This document shows, in pieces, positions 58,565 through 64,000 of a DNA stretch of 64,000 nt (position 1 is the first letter of the stretch; each line of letters opens with the position of its first letter). Below the pieces are notes generated by a model. That model had not been told where the DNA came from, ran no database searches, and worked only from the letters and a program-made list of their open reading frames with translations. A program made the translations under genes and the position numbers. Origin of the DNA: Mytilus californianus (taxonomy: Eukaryota). The stretch is from contig NW_026262593.1 of the NCBI RefSeq assembly GCF_021869535.1, positions 47,616,001 through 47,680,000 on the forward strand. Direction: 5' to 3'.

Positions 58565-60294
58565 TATGTGTACTGAATTCTGTTGATAGAGACAACTCTT
58601 CAGTCTAGATATCTGAATTTAAAGAGATCAAAAAACTATCAAATGCATCAGCTATTTTGAATTATGTGGAAATAAGCACTTGGTAATATTTTAAACAGTG
58701 GTCTAGGTGGTTGGACACAGTACATACTTGATTGCTCATAAGTCACAGAAGCATGGGTTGAAATCAATTTTTAACACAATTTCTGTCATTTTGTGATGAT
58801 TTGAAAGTTACGGTCCTTTTTAACAAACTGTCAATTTATACTAGATACATGGCATCAATAAAGTTATATTAAAGGTTTCATAGCTTTTACTTTATGAAAT
58901 TTCTTACCATTCTTTTTCTTAATTTTCAAGAATGATTTATGGAATGCATTGGTTTAAAATTGAAATGATTTAATGACTTAAAACTGTAAATGTCTCAGGA
59001 ATCAACCACACTTCTCTCGATTTTGAGAAACGAAATAAAAACCAGAGGTTTCAGGTAAATCATCGATCATAACAAATGCATAAATTACAAGTGATTCCTC
59101 TGCAGTTTGGTCTGTTTATCAAACAAAAAATCATCATATTTTTTTTATTTATTACATGTAAAAGTGTTTGAATATATCTGATAACAGCTTCACTTGTTTA
59201 ATTTGGCATGAAATCATTTTGCACCTGACGCTGAAGTGTCGAATCTGGTTAAGATACTATTTAAGCATGCATGCGTATTATATAATAAATAAAGCACATC
59301 ATTGACTCATGAAAAATATGTTTTTTAAGTGATTTCACAAATGTTGTAATTTTTAACATCAGAATTGGTGATTGTCTTTTCTGAAAAGTTATTTGATAGT
59401 GAAGTAACTTGTCATGAAACAGAATTTCTTTATAATATTAGTTCTGAGCTTGATCACTGCTGTCTGGTAATATATGAGAACATAGCAATTTTGAACAGAT
59501 AAAAATTGATAAGCTACCATTAGCAAATATCTAATGGAGGCATTAATAGGGTAATTTCTGAGAGGGCCTCTGGATTATTATATTATACCTGCATGGCAGT
59601 TTTATTAATGGAAAAGAATAATAACGCTACACCAATTTAATTTCTTGTTCTACAGATTTTTCCACTCCAGAAATTGTGGCGAGCGAGCGATTTGAAAATT
59701 TTAATGAACAAAATTTAATTTGCAAATTTTTGAGGCAAAGCTTAAAAAGTAAAGGCGACCGATATATTTTTTTTTTTGTTAACATAAAATCATAGGTTCT
59801 GACAATATTGATCAAAACAAGATAGTATGATTCTTGATTTACCACTTGTACTTTGACATTTCTTTAATTTATCAACTGCTGAAGTGTTTTTTTTTCCTGT
59901 TCACCTAGACATGAAATGCCCACTTTTAACTGCAGCATATTTATGACTTCTTGTATTACTGTTACTTTCTGAGGACATCAGATCTTGAACTGAACAATCA
60001 GTAATTATTTCAACTGCCTTAAATGATCTCCATTGAATTGTCATAGATGTCTTTCCTCCTTCACCGGACATGACTTATAACTACTTATACATTTTTTTGT
60101 AACACGGCGGGTGTCTTGCAAGAAGCACGACCTGCTCATCCTTCCGGAACACCTGAGTTCGCCCCCAGTTTTTAGGGGTTTGTGCTGTTCGTTGATGTGT
60201 GTACTTTTTAGTTTTTTGTGTTATATGTTGGTTGTCTATGTCTCCGTCATTTTGGTGTTCTCATTTTTGTTCTGTCTTTTTGGCACTTTGTATA

Positions 60295-60583
60295 TAAATA
60301 AGATGTGGTATAAGTGCCAATGAAACAACTCTCCATCCAAGTCACAATGTATTTAAAGTTAACAATTATAGGTTAAAGTATGGCCTTCAACACGGAGCCT
60401 TGGCTCACACCGAACAGCAAACTATAAAGTGCCCCAATTTACTAGTGTAAAACAATTCAAACAGGAAAACCAAAGGTCTAATCTATACACAAAATGAGAA
60501 ACACCTATGAACCACAGCAACAAACGACAACCACTGAACAACAGGCTCCTGACTTAGGACAGGTGCATAAAAATGCAGCAGGT
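60295..60583 (-). repeat. Dispersed repeat family A
   Basis: Reverse complement of the family A 3' part; abuts a family D copy at ~60045-60290. Confidence 0.8.
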
Positions 60584-61536
60584 ATGAATAGTTTTGCTTA
60601 AAGGTGTCTGTATTAGCACATACACCTTTATTCTAACAACGAAAATTGGCATGATTTTGTGAAGAATTGTCCTTGACTTTGATAAGAAATCTGTGTTAAT
60701 GCTCGAAATAGTTTGAAGGGTCGCGATTTGACGTTGATTAAACAATCTGACGATTGCTTTTTATTTTTTTAATGATTACAAAAAAACGGGCGCAGGAAAT
60801 AGACACAATTACTTTTTCGGATGTCATGGATGTGGGAAGCGAGAATATTTAATTTTTTTTTTTTAGAAAAAATATGTGTGGGCGGGTCCGTCAAACCAGA
60901 AATTAAATGGGTGTGGCCTAAAACAAAATTTAGTGAAAAATGGCGATTAAAAAACTCTGATCTCAATGAAATAACCCAAATTATTTCTGTAAAAAAAAAA
61001 TTGGTGACCTAAATCTCTATCTGCCATTACAGTCAAACAGGTTTCAGTTTAGGACATGTCCAACAAATATGGCCGTATCTGGACCCTTGGTTGAAATGTT
61101 GCTGAGGGAAAAACAACAAACTATTGCACTGCAAATTTATAATTATATAATTGTTGGGCTAAATTTGAAACAAAGTGTATATGTTATTTGTAGTGCTAGA
61201 CCTGTATAACACTTGGTTCTCCCATCGAGAATGTCTGTTCTCAGTAGAAAATGGCCAGTGTTTGGAAGAGGTTGTTTCCAGGACATGTAGCAGGTAAGCT
61301 TTATTTAAAGAACCCTGTGCAAATAGAAAGCAGTTCCTTTTGTATCTATCAAAACATTTTGGAAATGGAGTTGATTGTGATGTGAATATTAGAAAATGAT
61401 GGGGAGCTGAATAATGCATTGTGCACCACTCATATATTTACATTAAGGTACATGTAGATCAGGTGTCTTTTTCTGAGCATCCCTTCTGGGCATGTTGCAA
61501 AATCACTTTTTTGGTTTAAAAATATTTTACCAATTA

Positions 61537-61900
61537 GACCAAAAAAATATATATGTCTGTTTACTGTTAACCGACCAACCCTAATATGAGTGCCGACCCT
61601 AAGTCATTTTATTTCTGTTATAAAAAAAAATTACCTGATTTCGTGTCAAAAGCATTGCCATAAAATTTAATCAATTGCCTGATACATCTCAAGGTTCACA
61701 ATCGTGAATATGACAGCTGTTTTAAGGAAACTCACGGCTCGTGTGATGAAATAAACACTTTGCCACCATTTTTTTCCAACCAATAACCAAGAGAAATAAT
61801 CCAATCATTATTGATTGAAAAAAAAAATTGAAATACCAACCTACCTACCCTATATTTTTTTGTGATGTAACCTTAAACAGACATATATTTTTTCTTGGCC
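61537..61900. mobile_element. PIF/Harbinger-type MITE
   Basis: G(A)CCAAAAAAATATATATGTCTGTTTA / TAAACAGACATATATTTTTTCTTGGCC termini, with TTA at 61534-61536 and 61901-61903. Confidence 0.72.
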
Positions 61901-63364
61901 TTATCATTCATTGAATATACAACAGACACATCTAAAACTTGAAATATAATGATTAAACTACCACAAAATTAAGTGCAATTAATATGCATTTGAAATTTAC
62001 ATAGAAATCCTTTTAAAATCAAGGGCAGATAATTATATTGAATTTGATGACACTTTATGTTTTGGGGATTTTTCAAAAAAATAAGGACTGTGATCATGGT
62101 GATCCCCTACTTTATTTGATATTTCAGAAGAGTTTATGAAAAGCAATACTCTCATTGAATTTGAACCACTTCTATTGTTCCTCTAGAAGGAAAAATTAAG
62201 TTTCCCCTACAGTGTTCCCGCCTGCCCTAAATAGAAGGGCGCCCCGCCCTTGGTGCCCTTACCACCGCCTTTCTGTCCTCCAAAGCAAAAGAATGCACCC
62301 CTCTGTCTTTTAAAAAAATAAAATTTCCAAATTTCATGCCTGTCGGCGTTTCTGGTAAAATTGTTACCTGATTGTGTAAAAGTTACCTTAATTCGGTCAG
62401 GGGTAATACTTTTATGAGTGTATTTTATTTACTGGTACAGTAAATTATTTTAATAGTATAGTTATATCCCTTAGACATTCAGATATTTTTTACATATACA
62501 AGTAAAAAAGTCATATTTTCCTCTTTTCTTGAATTTCTCTAATAGAGTGTTTATTTTTTTGTACTTTGCAGATGTCTTTTCTTATCATATAAGTATAATT
62601 TCATGGACAATGAAAATCTCATTTGTCTGTTATCTTCAAAATATTGCTCATTTACAAGCCTCCAGGAGGCTATTTTAAAGGCCTTGTGCAGTAAAAACAT
62701 CTTTGCACATTTGATTTCTTTGTTGAAATAGTGAGATGCAGGGTTTCTGCTGGTGGTCGGCATTTTGAATTTTGCATTTTGCAAAAAAAAATGTGCAATT
62801 AAATTTATTATTGGTGAAAGACTTTGGCGAAATAATATATCATCTTGTTTATATTTTTTCCGGTTTCTCAGACTTTTCCCTGATCAGCCAATACTGGGAT
62901 TCCACCATGAACATCCTCAAGGTTATGATTTTGACAGAAAATCAATAATCAGCTGATTAGATTTAAAATAGATATAGGCTACAATGGAATAATATATAAA
63001 GGTGTTGATTGTATTGTTTAATGAAACTGTGTGGTTAAATGGCTTCACATGTCACCTAAAGGATTTTTTACATATATATGTGATAGAAATAATTGTTTTA
63101 ACAACGCACGTGTTCGGAGCATAATTTTATGTTTCAAACTTTTTTTAACGAAAAAAAAAATGTTGTTATATGAAGAAAAATGTTCAAAAGTAAGAAAAAT
63201 ATCCAACTGTAGCCTTTATCATTAAACTAGACAGGAAGTATCTGATAATCTTATTGAAGATGAATCCAGTGTTCCCAAAAGTCAAATATGATGACTTCAT
63301 GATTCATATTGCAATTTTACAGTATCTTTTAAAAAAAAGTAACTGTTTATAATTAGTGTTTAGA

Positions 63365-64000
63365 TATAGGAAGATGTGGTATGAGTGCCAATGAGACAAC
63401 TCTCCATCCAAGTCAAAATTTATAAAAGTAAACCATTATAGGTCACAGTACAGTCTTCAACACGGAGCCTTGGCTCACACCGAACAGTAAGCTATAAAGG
63501 GCCCCAAAAAATTACTAGTGTAAAACCATTCAAACGGGAAAACCAACAGTCTAATCTATATAAAAAACGAGAAACGAGAAACACTTATGAACCACATCAA
63601 CAAACGACAACTACTGAACATCAGATTCCTGACTTAGGACAGGTGCAAACAAATGCAGCGGGTTTAAACGTTTTAATGGTACCAAACCTTCACCCTTTTT
63701 CTGAAACAATAGTGTAACATCACAACATAGAAAGACACACTATAAAATATCAACTGAAATAGCTTAACTCAATCAAAGGACATATTAACACCATTGAACA
63801 TACACTGAACAAATAAATTTGACCTATGACACAATGTAAATACAAAATAAATAAACTAAGGGAAGAATAATAAAAGTAACATATTATATCGGTAAGAAAT
63901 GTTAAACAATTAAAGAAAAACAATATGCTCGAACAAAAATACCATCCATTTGCAATAACTTTAAACACAGGTAAATGAAAATAATTTTGTTGTTAGGTAT
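63365..64000 (-). repeat. Dispersed repeat family A, long copy running off the window end
   Basis: Reverse complement of 7350-7990. Confidence 0.85.

Noticed and set aside
59840-60072. Candidate missing first exon of the CoA-transferase (QWRSFKAVEII, AVKSG, AVDKLKK)
   Set aside because: The ATG lies in a dispersed repeat, the pieces are in different frames, and none combines an open frame with a good phase-1 donor.
62551-62784. Minus-strand ORF as the mitochondrial leader exon of the CoA-transferase
   Set aside because: Only a mediocre donor (AA|GTACAA) and none of the expected N-terminal family residues (AEEAV..IKS-like).

Overview
AT-rich animal genomic DNA with spliceosomal introns and dense repeats. 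The repeat landscape (HINE/pearl-like elements, MITEs, SINEs) suggests a bivalve, probably a mytilid; this is inference. I could hand-assemble three multi-exon genes. On the + strand are two tandem, diverged caspase-2-like paralogues (visible CDS 1655-13240 and 15046-31023). Both have open frames, canonical GT-AG splice sites and identical intron phases, yet both lack the catalytic His and Cys (LSHG->LSGG/LSGK; QACRG->RTYSF/QTYNF) and the Asp-binding Arg residues. They look like a maintained pair of pseudo-caspases and are the most interesting signal here. On the - strand is a family I CoA-transferase of the acetyl-CoA hydrolase / acetate:succinate CoA-transferase type (7 exons, 44636-58051; 5' exon(s) not found). 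The rest is mobile or repetitive: a TSD-bounded 5'-truncated L1/Tx1 LINE just after the second caspase-like gene, older LINE relics, HINE-like elements carrying satellite arrays, TTA- and TA-flanked MITEs, SINEs, a TG...CA TIR element and local duplications. I saw no rRNA, true tRNA or CRISPR array. All exon assembly and alignments were done by eye.
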